This document shows positions 16,493-26,319 of a stretch of DNA of 32,000 nucleotides, in pieces (position 1 is the first letter of the stretch; each line of letters begins with the position of its first letter). The translations under genes and the position numbers were made by a program. The DNA is from Opitutales bacterium (lineage in GTDB: Bacteria; Verrucomicrobiota; Verrucomicrobiia; Opitutales; PNEW01), in assembly GCA_965219535.1 (NCBI GenBank), contig CBDCNV010000002.1, positions 1,080,001 to 1,112,000 of the forward strand. The letters are read 5' to 3'. Under the pieces are notes generated by a model that was given only the letters and a program-made list of their open reading frames with translations, was not told where the DNA came from and searched no databases.

Positions 16493-18460
16493 TCAGCTTC
16501 TCCGCCTTATGCGCCAGAAGATAAAGAGACAACCTAATCCCATCAGGGCCCAAGTCGAGGGCTCGGGAACGACTACCAAGTCGAGAGATTGTGCATTATA
16601 AATGGGTTGAAATAATAAATTACCATTAAATCCAAACTCATCATCGACGGAACCGAATTGACCTGTAATAATACCGGTCCAGGTAAGTACTGTAAACACA
16701 TCGCCTAATTGCGGCAATGTTCCTCCCATTAAAATGATATCCAAAAAACCACTCGAGAAAGTCAAGTCGCCATCGATATTTAAGACACTCCAATCAATTG
16801 CGTCTAATATGGTGACTTCAAATGTGCTTCCGGTTTCAAAATCGAAATCACCGGTGACGTCGATAGAGTGATTAAAATCCGGGGCGATCGTTCCAAAATT
16901 ATTAAAGGTAGTTCCGGGGTCTACGTTAACATTTCCCGCGCCCTTAAAGAGACCAAAATTATCGATCGTAGGTGATGTTAATTCTGCTGCACCTGAGTAG
17001 CTAGTGATCATTTGGATTACACCATTCTCGTTGATTTGCACACTGTTGTTAGCTGTTAACTCGCCGTTATAATCAATCGTAATCTGACTGGTTGGTCCGG
17101 AGGGGCCTGTTGCGTTGACGAGAATACTGTCCGCGAAGACACGACCACCCACAGGTTCACCGCCCACTATATTCAAATTGCCCACGCCGCCATTGCCTAC
17201 AACTAATGAACTACCAGGGGTGTTAACGTTCAGGGTTGAATTTTCACCGACCTCAATATAACCGTTCCCATCAGAGTTAAATCCCGCAATTAAGTCACCC
17301 ACAACATTGGCGATAGCAGAACCGGGAGAACCGTCTAATCTCAGGGTGCCGCTGCCGCTGCCGCCCACGACGAGGCGGTTTTGGATGTCAAGTTGAGCGG
17401 GATTATTCGCTCCAGTTGTTCCATCGACAAAAATCTCACCTGTGCTTCCGTTGTTAACACCTATAATTGCATCTAACCCACTTATATTGTTATTAACTGT
17501 AGCACTTGCACCTTTACGAATAGTCAGCTTATTACCGGTACTATTAAAGCCAACATTCAGATCATTCATTGTGAATGATGAGGGTAAAGTGTCAGTACCT
17601 TCACCATCGACAATAACCGTCGAAGTGCCATTTTTGCCAATGTTTACAACATCGGCGAATACTTCACTGCCGTCTTCAATGTCCATGTTTGTGGTAACTT
17701 CCGTTGCTTCAGACAAGGTCAAATTATTAATCGTCAGGGTAGATCCAGTTGCCGTAGTAATATCATTCACCTTGATTTCAGAATTGGTGCTTCCCGCTTG
17801 ATTTCCTAATATAATAGAAGCATCGATGGTCGGACTAGCGCCATTATGAACGTGAAAAGTCCCCTGGCCCATATTGCCGACAATGATCGAACCCTCTGAA
17901 GACTGGCCTACTTGTGTGCCCATAAGTAGCTTAGAACCTACGCCATCAATGGCTAGTTTGCCGTCCGACCCAGAATTCACGCCGAGTGTAATCGTCAATG
18001 GACTGGAGATCTCTAATGTAGAGCCGTTGGTAATATTAAATAAAGCTTCACCATTAACACCGGATTTCAAATTGGCGGTCTTGAGTGTGCCATTTGCGAG
18101 AAAAAGAGTAGCGTTATCTGAAACGGTTAAGGCGAGATCAGTGTCATTGGTCACGGTCAGGGTGTTGTCATCGAACAGATCAAGCATGATAGTGGTGTTA
18201 ATTACATCTAAATTACTGATCGTGTGATCCGACGTGATCGTCACGATAGGTGGAAAGGGTAGATCAGTCGGCTCAACATTAAATACTACATTATCAGATA
18301 CAGTTGGAACGACAGTATTAGACCAATTGCTACCCGTATCAAAGTCGCCGCTTGAAGTAGAAGTCCAAGTGCCATTGGGTAATATGGATGCTTGCGCAAT
18401 ATTCCAGCCCAGGCAGAGAAGAACAGATAGAGATGTTAGTATTTTCAGTTTCACTGACAT
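16493..18460 (-). CDS. PEP-CTERM secreted beta-helix repeat protein, paralog C
   Basis: The track ORF reaches 18520, but the ATG at 18460 (MSVKLKILTSLSVLLCLGWNIAQA) aligns with the signal peptide of paralog B. C-terminal VPEPSTWALMGLGCLFIFWRIRRRS. Internal block GVNSGSDGKLAIDGVGSKLLMGTQVG...GQGTFHVHNGASPTIDASIILGNQ is nearly the same as in paralog B. Confidence 0.85.
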   Translation of the reverse strand: MSVKLKILTSLSVLLCLGWNIAQASILPNGTWTSTSSGDFDTGSNWSNTVVPTVSDNVVFNVEPTDLPFPPIVTITSDHTISNLDVINTTIMLDLFDDNTLTVTNDTDLALTVSDNATLFLANGTLKTANLKSGVNGEALFNITNGSTLEISSPLTITLGVNSGSDGKLAIDGVGSKLLMGTQVGQSSEGSIIVGNMGQGTFHVHNGASPTIDASIILGNQAGSTNSEIKVNDITTATGSTLTINNLTLSEATEVTTNMDIEDGSEVFADVVNIGKNGTSTVIVDGEGTDTLPSSFTMNDLNVGFNSTGNKLTIRKGASATVNNNISGLDAIIGVNNGSTGEIFVDGTTGANNPAQLDIQNRLVVGGSGSGTLRLDGSPGSAIANVVGDLIAGFNSDGNGYIEVGENSTLNVNTPGSSLVVGNGGVGNLNIVGGEPVGGRVFADSILVNATGPSGPTSQITIDYNGELTANNSVQINENGVIQMITSYSGAAELTSPTIDNFGLFKGAGNVNVDPGTTFNNFGTIAPDFNHSIDVTGDFDFETGSTFEVTILDAIDWSVLNIDGDLTFSSGFLDIILMGGTLPQLGDVFTVLTWTGIITGQFGSVDDEFGFNGNLLFQPIYNAQSLDLVVVPEPSTWALMGLGCLFIFWRIRRRS

Positions 18461-18550
18461 TAAAAAAACAGGTAGTGTAAAAAGACGATAATAGGCTATC
18501 AAAAAATCGCCAGCTGACAAGCTTTAAACGGCGTTCGGAGAACGTAATTT

Positions 18551-18575
18551 ACCACGTAGACACAGAGTTCACAGG
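18551..18575. repeat. CACAG-type short-period tract
   Basis: accacgtagacacagagttcacagg; CAC(G/A)G appears at 18553, 18561 and 18570. Confidence 0.3.
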
Positions 18576-18720
18576 GGGAAGGATATCCTTTAATGTTTAA
18601 CGCCGCTGACCCTAGCGAGTTTTTCCCCTCAATGTGCATATCATACCCTCTTGATGAAAATTTTTTGACACCACTCACATTTTATGTTTTACACCTTGCG
18701 ATTATCACGGCAAAAAGTCG

Positions 18721-18735
18721 TGTCAACTGTTGACA
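18721..18735. promoter_or_regulatory. Perfect 15-bp palindrome TGTCAAC-T-GTTGACA (operator-like; contains a TTGACA -35-like hexamer)
   Basis: 7-bp arms are perfectly complementary around a single central base. It lies 29 nt upstream of the ATG at 18764, in the divergent region between paralog C and the grx-like/gltBD genes. Confidence 0.35.
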
Positions 18736-18763
18736 AAGAGGAATTTAAACAGACTTTTAAACT

Positions 18764-19099
18764 ATGAATATAATTGCCTATTTAAAACCGCAATGCGGCT
18801 GGAGCAGAGGAGTCCGCGCAATATTTAATAAATATGGCCTCACTTACGAGGACAGGGATATTATCAATAATCCTGATATTTACGCCGAAATGGTGGAAAA
18901 ATCGGGCCAACCGCTATCTCCCTGCGTGGAAGTCGATGGTGTCATGCTTACGGATGTCAGCGGGGAGGAAGTTGAAAATTACCTTCTCAGCAATCAGTTG
19001 GTTAAGCCCTCGGAAAGAGAAGCTGGTGTGCCGACAGATGCTGCCTGTTCAGACGAAGAGCACGCCAAAATGAATTCACAAACGATACGATTTTTTTAA
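18764..19099 (+). CDS. Glutaredoxin-like thioredoxin-fold protein (CGWS active-site variant) with C-terminal extension
   Basis: 111 aa. Pattern IIAYLKPQCGWSRGV ... YEDRDI ... QPLSPCVEVDG ... SGEEVENYL matches the beta1 / active site / helix / cis-Pro / beta3 layout of small glutaredoxins. Only one active-site Cys is present. Confidence 0.55.
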   Translation: MNIIAYLKPQCGWSRGVRAIFNKYGLTYEDRDIINNPDIYAEMVEKSGQPLSPCVEVDGVMLTDVSGEEVENYLLSNQLVKPSEREAGVPTDAACSDEEHAKMNSQTIRFF

Positions 19100-19138
19100 A
19101 AGGCAGATCATGGGGTAGAATCCCCACTAGTTTTCAGC

Positions 19139-19162
19139 CGACCGGGATGAAATGCCCGGTCG
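19139..19162 (+). other. GC-rich stem-loop between the grx-like gene and gltB (CGACCGGG-8 nt-CCCGGTCG)
   Basis: Perfect 8-bp stem with no following U-tract. It could be an attenuator, a processing site or a weak terminator. Confidence 0.3.
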
Positions 19163-19219
19163 CTCTGTGTATGGCTATTGCCTTAAAGCGAGTGATTACT
19201 TTGTATAGAGAATTATAAG

Positions 19220-22200
19220 ATGAAAAAGGAACTACCCCAAGGACTTTACGATCCTCGCAATGAACATGACTCCTGTGGAGTAGGCTTTGTCGTTAATGTA
19301 AAGGGAGAGCCCTCGCATAAGATAATAGAACAGGGCCTTGAAGTTCTTTTAAGTCTCGCCCATCGGGGCGCCTGCGGATGTGAAGCAAATACCGGGGATG
19401 GTGCGGGTATCCTTATACAAACACCCCACAAATTCCTGCATAAAGTTTGTGAGCCGCTCGGTATCCATCTACCAGCTCCCGGTCAATACGGTGTGGGCAT
19501 GGTATTTCTTCCCCCTGAAATTCATTCCCGCCGTGAATGTGAAGAAATGTTCCAGGAAGTAGTCCAAGCAGAGGGGCAGCGTTTTCTCGGCTGGCGGACC
19601 GTTCCCTCCGTTAATGATTTACTGGGAGAGACGGCCAAGGAAGAGGAACCAGTAGTGCGGCAGGTGTTTATCGGTAGAAGCCCGGAGATAAAAGATGATC
19701 TGGCATTTGAACGGAAACTCTATGTCATCCGGCGTCGAACGACAAGCGCAGTGTGGTCAGCTCGTCTACCCGACGCCAGCTGCTTCTATATTCCCAGCCT
19801 TTCATACAAATCAATTGTCTATAAGGGCATGCTCATGACCGAGCAAGTCACCCCTTTTTATCCAGACTTATCTGACCCTGATGTCGAGAGCGCCTTGTCG
19901 GTTGTTCATTCACGATTCAGTACGAATACCTTTCCCAGTTGGGACCGCTCTCAACCCTTTCGCTATCTCTGCCACAACGGTGAGATAAATACTCTCCGCG
20001 GAAATCAGAACTGGATGCACGCGCGACAGGCGATGTTTGTATCTGAACTTTTCGGAGAGGATATAGAAAAAATTAAACCCATCTTGCGGGAAGACGGTAG
20101 CGATTCTGCGATCTTTGATAACTGTCTTGAGTTTCTCGTTCTATCGGGGCGCTCCCTTGCGCATGCGACAATGATGATGATTCCCGAACCGTGGACTAAT
20201 CATGAAAGCATGAGCGATGATAAAAAAGCTTTTTATGAATATCATTCCAGTCTCATGGAACCCTGGGACGGACCCGCGTCGATCGTCTTTACTGACGGGG
20301 TTCAGGTTGGCGCGGTTCTCGACCGTAACGGGCTTCGCCCTTCACGCTATTACGTGACTAAAGACGACCTTGTTGTGATGGCGTCCGAAGTAGGGGTGCT
20401 CGATCTCGAACCCGATCGCATTGCGCACAAAGGACGACTCCAACCCGGTCGCATGTTTTTCATTGATACAAAGGAAGGGCGGATTGTTTCAGATGAAGAA
20501 ATAAAAGAGACAATCACAAAAGAGCATCCTTACCGTAAATGGTTGAACGAGAACTTGGTCAAACTGGAAGATTTACCAGCAGCTTCAGCATTAGAAGAAC
20601 AAAACCATCAGACGGTGGTCAGGCGTCAGATGGCTTTTGGTTATTCCCAGGAAGATTTAAAATTTATCCTTGGACCCAGCTCGTGCGATGGAGTTCAACC
20701 ACTGGGTTCGATGGGCGATGATACTCCCTTGGCTACCCTGTCCGATAAACCGCAACTCCTTTATAATTACTTTAAGCAATTATTTGCTCAGGTTACCAAT
20801 CCCCCGATCGATGCGATTCGCGAAGAGATTATAACCTCGACGGAGACGACAATTGGCTCGGAGGGGAACTTGCTCGACCCGCGTCCCGAAAGTTGCCGGC
20901 AGATTAAACTGAAGTGTCCTATTTTAAATAATGACGAATTGGAAAAGCTCAGGAATTTAAAGCTTGATGGATTTAAATCCACCATGCTGCCCATACTCTT
21001 TAATCCTCGCGATGGAGGTGCAGGGCTGGAAGCCGCGATGAAGGATCTCTGTAATAGGGCAAGTAAGTTTATTAACGACGGCGTCAATATACTCATTCTA
21101 TCCGATCGTGGGATCAGTCCGGAAAAAGCGGCCATCCCCGCACTGCTTGCCGTTTCGGGTTTGCACCATCATTTGATTAACGAGGGAACGCGGACACGTG
21201 TTGGTCTGGTTCTGGAATCGGGAGAGCCTCGCGAGGTACAACATTTCTCCCTTCTCGTCGGTTATGGCGCGGGTGCGATTAATCCCTATCTCGCATTCGA
21301 ATCGCTCGATGATATGATCCAGCGCGGCCAATTAAAAGAGATTGCATATGAGAAGGCGGTAACCAATTTCATTAAAGCTTCAGTCAAGGGAATCGTTAAA
21401 ACGATGGCCAAGATGGGCATATCAACGATACAAAGCTACCGTGGTGCACAGATATTTGAGGCGGTCGGTCTTAATAGTGCAGTCATCGATAAATATTTTA
21501 AATGGACCGCCTCTCGTGTTGAAGGTGTGGACATTGAAGTTCTGGCAAAGGAAGTGTCAATGCGTCATCGACGTGCATTTCCCGATCGCGACACAGGAGA
21601 TGAAGTACTCGATCCTGGAGGGAAATATAGCTGGCGTAAAGATGGAGAATACCACCTTTTCAATCCGATGACTGTACATCGTCTCCAGCGAGCATGTCGC
21701 ACGAATGATTACACGGTCTTTAAAGAATATACAGAATTGGTAAACGATCAGTCCGAGCAGATGTGTACCCTCCGTGGACTTTTGGAATTTAAGTATCCAC
21801 CGAAGCCAATACCGATTGATGAAGTCGAACCGGTTGAATCTATCGTCAAGCGATTTAAAACAGGGGCTATGTCCTATGGTTCGATCAGCCAAGAAGCGCA
21901 CGAATCGCTCGCCATTGCGATGAATAGAATTAATGGTAAAAGTAATACTGGTGAAGGGGGAGAGGATCCTGCGCGCTATGTATTAGAACCCAATGGCGAT
22001 TCAAAAAACAGCGCGATTAAACAGGTCGCCTCGGGGCGCTTTGGTGTAACCAGTTATTACCTTTCCAATGCCCAGGAATTGCAAATTAAAATTGTTCAGG
22101 GAGCTAAGCCTGGAGAGGGTGGTGAGTTGCCCGGTTCAAAAGTATATCCTTGGATTGCCAAAGTAAGATATTCAACTCCGGGAGTTGGGCTGATCTCGCC

Positions 22201-23809
22201 GCCACCACACCATGACATATATTCTATCGAAGATCTTGGAGAATTGATCCACGACCTGAAGAACGCCAACCGCAACGCCCGGATCAGCGTTAAACTGGTG
22301 GCTGAAGTGGGCGTGGGTACGGTTGCTGCCGGGGTGTGCAAGGCGCATGCTGATGTCGTTCTGATCAGTGGCTTTGACGGGGGTACCGGGGCTTCGCCGC
22401 TCTCCAGTATTAAACACGCGGGTGCGCCTTGGGAACTCGGTTTGTCAGAAACGCACCAGACACTTGTGCTCAATAATTTACGAAGCCGTATCGCGGTGGA
22501 AGTCGACGGGCAGTTAAAAACAGGACGCGACGTCGCGATCGGTTGCCTGCTCGGGGCGGAAGAGTTCGGATTTGCTACCGCACCCCTCGTTGTTATGGGC
22601 TGTATCATGATGCGGGCTTGTCACTTGAATACCTGTCCCGTAGGCGTGGCTACGCAAAACCCTGAACTGCGCAAAAAGTTCACCGGCGATCCAGGCCATG
22701 TTGTCAATTTCATGCACTTCATGGCACAAGATTTACGGGAGTATATGGCGAAACTAGGATTTCGCACGATTGACGAAATGGTCGGGCGTTCGGATATGCT
22801 GGACATGAGAGAAGCAGTCGATCACTGGAAGGCCAAAGGATTGGATTTTTCACATATCCTCTATCAACCGGATGTCCCTCCCTCCACTGGTCGCTATTGT
22901 CAGATTTCACAGGATCACGGTCTCGAGAAGTCAATGGACATACGCTTGCTCTTAGATATTTGTAAACCGGCATTAGAACAAGGAAAGATGGTCAATAGCA
23001 CGCTTCCGATCAAAAATACCGATCGGGTAGTAGGCACGATACTCGGGAATGAAGTTTCTAAACGCTATGGATTTGACGGATTGCCCGAGGACACCATTTA
23101 TCTTAATTTTAAAGGTTCTGCCGGGCAAAGCTTTGGCGCCTTCGTGCCTCATGGCATTACCCTTAACCTCGAAGGCGATGCCAACGATTATACGGGTAAA
23201 GGGTTATCTGGGGGAAAAATGATCATCTATCCCCCCGCGCAATCAACATTTTTGCCGGAAGAAAATATTATTATCGGCAATGTCGCGTTTTATGGAGCAA
23301 CGAAGGGTGAGGCTTATATTCGCGGCATGGCGGGCGAGAGATTTTGTGTTCGCAATAGTGGAGTCCATGCCGTGATTGAAGCGGTAGGTGACCATGGTTG
23401 CGAATATATGACGGGTGGGCTTGTCGTTATTCTCGGTCCAACCGGTCGTAACTTTGCCGCCGGGATGTCCGGTGGTGTCGCTTACGTTTTCGATGCAGAT
23501 GGAGATTTCGAATCCCATTGCAATTTGGAAATGGTGAGTCTCGAACGCCTGGACAACGATGAGGATATTAAAGAAGTGCGAACAATGATCGAAAAGCATG
23601 TCGCCTATACCTCAAGTGATCGAGGCAGATACTTTCTTTCCTCATGGGAGGATAAAATATCAAAGTTCGTCAAGGTTATGCCCAATGACTACAAGCGTGC
23701 TCTTGAAACAATGAAACGCGTATCCGCAAGAGGGATGAGCGGTGATGAGGCGGTGATGGCTGCATTCGAGGAAAATGCACACGACATGGCGCGGGCAGGT
23801 GGTAATTAA
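19220..23809 (+). CDS. gltB: Glutamate synthase large subunit
   Basis: 1529 aa. N-terminal Ntn-amidotransferase Cys (HDSCGVGF), central and FMN domains ([22 protein letters not shown]), the 3Fe-4S motif ([13 protein letters not shown]) and the C-terminal GXGXG beta-helix domain. Confidence 0.97.
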   Translation: MKKELPQGLYDPRNEHDSCGVGFVVNVKGEPSHKIIEQGLEVLLSLAHRGACGCEANTGDGAGILIQTPHKFLHKVCEPLGIHLPAPGQYGVGMVFLPPEIHSRRECEEMFQEVVQAEGQRFLGWRTVPSVNDLLGETAKEEEPVVRQVFIGRSPEIKDDLAFERKLYVIRRRTTSAVWSARLPDASCFYIPSLSYKSIVYKGMLMTEQVTPFYPDLSDPDVESALSVVHSRFSTNTFPSWDRSQPFRYLCHNGEINTLRGNQNWMHARQAMFVSELFGEDIEKIKPILREDGSDSAIFDNCLEFLVLSGRSLAHATMMMIPEPWTNHESMSDDKKAFYEYHSSLMEPWDGPASIVFTDGVQVGAVLDRNGLRPSRYYVTKDDLVVMASEVGVLDLEPDRIAHKGRLQPGRMFFIDTKEGRIVSDEEIKETITKEHPYRKWLNENLVKLEDLPAASALEEQNHQTVVRRQMAFGYSQEDLKFILGPSSCDGVQPLGSMGDDTPLATLSDKPQLLYNYFKQLFAQVTNPPIDAIREEIITSTETTIGSEGNLLDPRPESCRQIKLKCPILNNDELEKLRNLKLDGFKSTMLPILFNPRDGGAGLEAAMKDLCNRASKFINDGVNILILSDRGISPEKAAIPALLAVSGLHHHLINEGTRTRVGLVLESGEPREVQHFSLLVGYGAGAINPYLAFESLDDMIQRGQLKEIAYEKAVTNFIKASVKGIVKTMAKMGISTIQSYRGAQIFEAVGLNSAVIDKYFKWTASRVEGVDIEVLAKEVSMRHRRAFPDRDTGDEVLDPGGKYSWRKDGEYHLFNPMTVHRLQRACRTNDYTVFKEYTELVNDQSEQMCTLRGLLEFKYPPKPIPIDEVEPVESIVKRFKTGAMSYGSISQEAHESLAIAMNRINGKSNTGEGGEDPARYVLEPNGDSKNSAIKQVASGRFGVTSYYLSNAQELQIKIVQGAKPGEGGELPGSKVYPWIAKVRYSTPGVGLISPPPHHDIYSIEDLGELIHDLKNANRNARISVKLVAEVGVGTVAAGVCKAHADVVLISGFDGGTGASPLSSIKHAGAPWELGLSETHQTLVLNNLRSRIAVEVDGQLKTGRDVAIGCLLGAEEFGFATAPLVVMGCIMMRACHLNTCPVGVATQNPELRKKFTGDPGHVVNFMHFMAQDLREYMAKLGFRTIDEMVGRSDMLDMREAVDHWKAKGLDFSHILYQPDVPPSTGRYCQISQDHGLEKSMDIRLLLDICKPALEQGKMVNSTLPIKNTDRVVGTILGNEVSKRYGFDGLPEDTIYLNFKGSAGQSFGAFVPHGITLNLEGDANDYTGKGLSGGKMIIYPPAQSTFLPEENIIIGNVAFYGATKGEAYIRGMAGERFCVRNSGVHAVIEAVGDHGCEYMTGGLVVILGPTGRNFAAGMSGGVAYVFDADGDFESHCNLEMVSLERLDNDEDIKEVRTMIEKHVAYTSSDRGRYFLSSWEDKISKFVKVMPNDYKRALETMKRVSARGMSGDEAVMAAFEENAHDMARAGGN

Positions 23810-23826
23810 TTCTACTTTTTAAATTA

Positions 23827-25305
23827 ATGGGCAAACCAACTGGATTTCTTGATTTTCAAAGAGAAGCGCTGAAGCACCGGCCTCCGCGGGAACGGGTTGG
23901 CGACTGGGATGAATTTCATCTCCCGATGCCGGAAGATGAGCTGAGTGAGCAGGGTGCGCGCTGCATGGATTGCGGCATTCCCTTCTGTCACACCGGAATG
24001 ACCTTGTCCGGTATGGCCAGCGGTTGTCCCATAAATAACCTTATTCCCGAATGGAATGATCTTGTTTATAACGGTCAATGGCGTGAAGCGCTCGATCGTC
24101 TGCATAAAACAAATAATTTTCCCGAGTTTACTGGTCGCGTCTGTCCCGCCCCATGCGAGGGATCTTGTGTTCTTGGCATCATCGATCCCCCGGTAACGAT
24201 TAAAACTATTGAACAGGCGATCATTGATCGCGGTTTTGAAGAAGGGTGGGTAACGCCTCAGCAGCCATCAGTCCGTACGGGTAAAAAAGTTGCTGTTGTC
24301 GGTTCAGGGCCCGCAGGTCTCGCTTGTGCGGATCAGCTCAATCGAGCGGGGCATACCGTAACCGTGTATGAACGTGAAGACCGTATCGGGGGACTTCTCA
24401 TGTATGGCATCCCTAACATGAAGTTGGATAAAACAAAAGTGGTACAACGTCGAGTAGACCTGCTGAAGGCAGAAGGCATTGAATTCATTACTAAAGCTGA
24501 GGTTGGTAAAAATATTTCTGCTCAAACTTTATACGAGGAGTCGGATGCAATTGTTCTCTGTGGCGGTGCGACTAATCCCCGTGATCTTCCCGTTGAGGGA
24601 CGCGACTTAAAAGGGGTTCATTTTGCGATGGAATTTCTTACCGCTAACACTAAGGCACTACTAAACGGTGAGCAGACGACTCTTTCCGCGATGGGAAAGG
24701 ACGTCGTGGTTATTGGAGGTGGTGACACCGGAACCGACTGTGTCGGAACCTCGCTTCGTCAACGCTGCAGAAGCCTTGTCCAACTGGAAATTTTACCCAA
24801 GCCCCCACTTGAACGAGCACCGGACAACCCCTGGCCAGAGTGGCCCAAAGTATATCAATTGGATTACGGTCAGGCCGAAGCAGCAGCTCTGCAGGGTAGT
24901 GATCCCCGCGAATATTGCATTATGACTAAAAAGATGGTGAGTGATGCAGCGGGAAATGTGCAGGAACTACACATTATTCAGATCGAATGGGCGAAAGATG
25001 AAAATGGCCGATTCGTTCCCAAGGAGATAGCGGGCACAGAAAAAGTATTACCGGCTCAATTGGTCCTCCTTGCGATGGGTTTTCTCGGGCCGGAAGATAC
25101 CGTCCTCTCAGATTTGAAAGTGGAACGGGACGGACGATCAAATGCAAAAGCTGAGTACGGAAAGTTTGCGACGAATATCGAGGGGGTATTTGCAGCGGGT
25201 GATATGCGACGCGGTCAAAGCCTTGTTGTGTGGGCGATCAATGAAGGGCGCGGCGCGGCGCGTGAATGTGATCGCTTTCTGATGGGATCGACAGACCTGC
25301 CGTAG
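23827..25305 (+). CDS. gltD: Glutamate synthase small subunit (NAD(P)H-dependent)
   Basis: 492 aa with Fe-S Cys clusters ([18 protein letters not shown]) and two dinucleotide-binding folds ([30 protein letters not shown]). It starts 17 nt after gltB. Confidence 0.95.
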   Translation: MGKPTGFLDFQREALKHRPPRERVGDWDEFHLPMPEDELSEQGARCMDCGIPFCHTGMTLSGMASGCPINNLIPEWNDLVYNGQWREALDRLHKTNNFPEFTGRVCPAPCEGSCVLGIIDPPVTIKTIEQAIIDRGFEEGWVTPQQPSVRTGKKVAVVGSGPAGLACADQLNRAGHTVTVYEREDRIGGLLMYGIPNMKLDKTKVVQRRVDLLKAEGIEFITKAEVGKNISAQTLYEESDAIVLCGGATNPRDLPVEGRDLKGVHFAMEFLTANTKALLNGEQTTLSAMGKDVVVIGGGDTGTDCVGTSLRQRCRSLVQLEILPKPPLERAPDNPWPEWPKVYQLDYGQAEAAALQGSDPREYCIMTKKMVSDAAGNVQELHIIQIEWAKDENGRFVPKEIAGTEKVLPAQLVLLAMGFLGPEDTVLSDLKVERDGRSNAKAEYGKFATNIEGVFAAGDMRRGQSLVVWAINEGRGAARECDRFLMGSTDLP

Positions 25306-25392
25306 GTTGTGCGTTTATGCGGTAATGCGTATAAGCGAAGATGGGTGAAAGCGGAAACGTGTGAATGCGAAATGGGTATAAGCGGTGATGCG
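25305..25392. repeat. Degenerate 8-nt tandem repeat, about 11 units, consensus K-W-A-A-T-G-C-G
   Basis: gttgtgcg tttatgcg gtaatgcg tataagcg aagatggg tgaaagcg gaaacgtg tgaatgcg aaatggg tataagcg gtgatgcg. The (T/A)GCG core recurs at 25309, 25317, 25325, 25333, 25341, 25349, 25357, 25365, 25372, 25380 and 25388. The tract starts at the gltD stop codon. Confidence 0.75.
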
Positions 25393-25471
25393 GAAGTTAC
25401 CTAGAATTTTACGCAAGCTGGTTAATAGATCTTGAATTAATCCGCATCCACACATTATCGCATTCTCTCAT

Positions 25472-26251
25472 TCACCTATTTTTTAGTGCGTCGGACATCT
25501 TTTGAACTCTTTTAGTAATAATCTCTAATGGGATGCCCGCTTCAATCCAACTCGCACCCCGATCAGCCCACTCTTTAATGAGATCGATTTCCGCGGGGAT
25601 TGATGTGCCCACCGGTATACCTGCCTGTTTAGCCTTTTCTAAAACGGTGTCTACGGCTTTAAGCGCGTCTGGATGGCGAGGTTGACCGGGATATCCCATC
25701 GAGCCCGCGAGGTCATTGGGACCAAAGACAATCGACGTGATTCCCGGTACTGCCAGAATTGATTCGATATCATTGACTGCATCGATGTGTTCAATCTGTA
25801 AGATAATGACAACCGATTCGTTTGCCTCTTTGCAAAAATCCGGTCCTTTTCCTGATTGCGAATAAAGTGCCGCACGTCCGGGACCGATACCTCGAACCCC
25901 GTCGGGGGGGTAGAGGCAAGAGCTCACGGCGAGTTTTGCGTCTTCTACCGTCTGAATCTGTGGAAAGATGATGGCGTCTGCGCCGGCATCCAATACTGGT
26001 TTGACGAGGACAGGATTCGTCCACGCTACTCTGACTAATGCGGCAACATCAGAATTTCGTGTCGCCATAATTAAATTGTCAACCGACTCAATAGTGATCG
26101 CAGGGTGTTCCATGTCGATCCACAGGAAGTCGATGTCTGTCCCATGTGCGAGAAACTCAGTGAGCAGAGCATCACCTCCCGGATTGGAACCCGTTCCAAA
26201 ACATATCGTGCCACTCTTTAATTTCTCTCTGAAGATTTTAGCGTTTTGCAT
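25472..26251 (-). CDS. HpcH/HpaI-family aldolase (2-keto-3-deoxy-acid aldolase family), paralog 1
   Basis: 259 aa with DFLWIDMEHPAI, LVRV, VKPVLDAGADAIIFPQI, YPPDGVRG, IEH..AV.N, and GPNDLAGSMGYPGQPRHP. Confidence 0.8.
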   Translation of the reverse strand: MQNAKIFREKLKSGTICFGTGSNPGGDALLTEFLAHGTDIDFLWIDMEHPAITIESVDNLIMATRNSDVAALVRVAWTNPVLVKPVLDAGADAIIFPQIQTVEDAKLAVSSCLYPPDGVRGIGPGRAALYSQSGKGPDFCKEANESVVIILQIEHIDAVNDIESILAVPGITSIVFGPNDLAGSMGYPGQPRHPDALKAVDTVLEKAKQAGIPVGTSIPAEIDLIKEWADRGASWIEAGIPLEIITKRVQKMSDALKNR

Positions 26252-26319
26252 GCAGTTACTTTCTCAGAATAAACAATGAGCTTTATTATCAGTATAATTT
26301 CTAAGTCTTAGTGTTGAAA

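Noticed and set aside
16210-16553. ORFs 16210..16395 and 16356..16553.
   Set aside because: They run through palindromic repeat element B and the intergenic spacer. Such repeat-derived ORFs are typical annotation artefacts.
13776-18491. Plus-strand ORFs opposite the PEP-CTERM genes: 13776..14072, 15085..15468, 15724..16242, 17442..17801, 17874..18227 and 18234..18491.
   Set aside because: They are the antisense of repeat-rich Gly/Asn/Thr/Ser coding sequence, which is naturally poor in stop codons on the opposite strand. They have no independent start context or motifs.
12765-18760. A diversity-generating retroelement or an invertible-promoter switch acting on the PEP-CTERM array.
   Set aside because: No reverse transcriptase, template repeat or site-specific recombinase gene lies in or next to the array. 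The palindromic elements are hairpins, not inverted repeats flanking a promoter.
19246-23599. Many antisense or alternate-frame ORFs inside gltB, for example 19246..19431, 20788..21135, 21557..21901, 22096..22608 and 23243..23599.
   Set aside because: They are fully nested in a 1529-aa gene that is conserved end to end. Their translations are low-complexity with no recognisable motifs.
25305-25392. The tandem repeat after gltD as a CRISPR array.
   Set aside because: The units are only 8 nt, contiguous and degenerate, with no spacers. No cas genes are present in the window.
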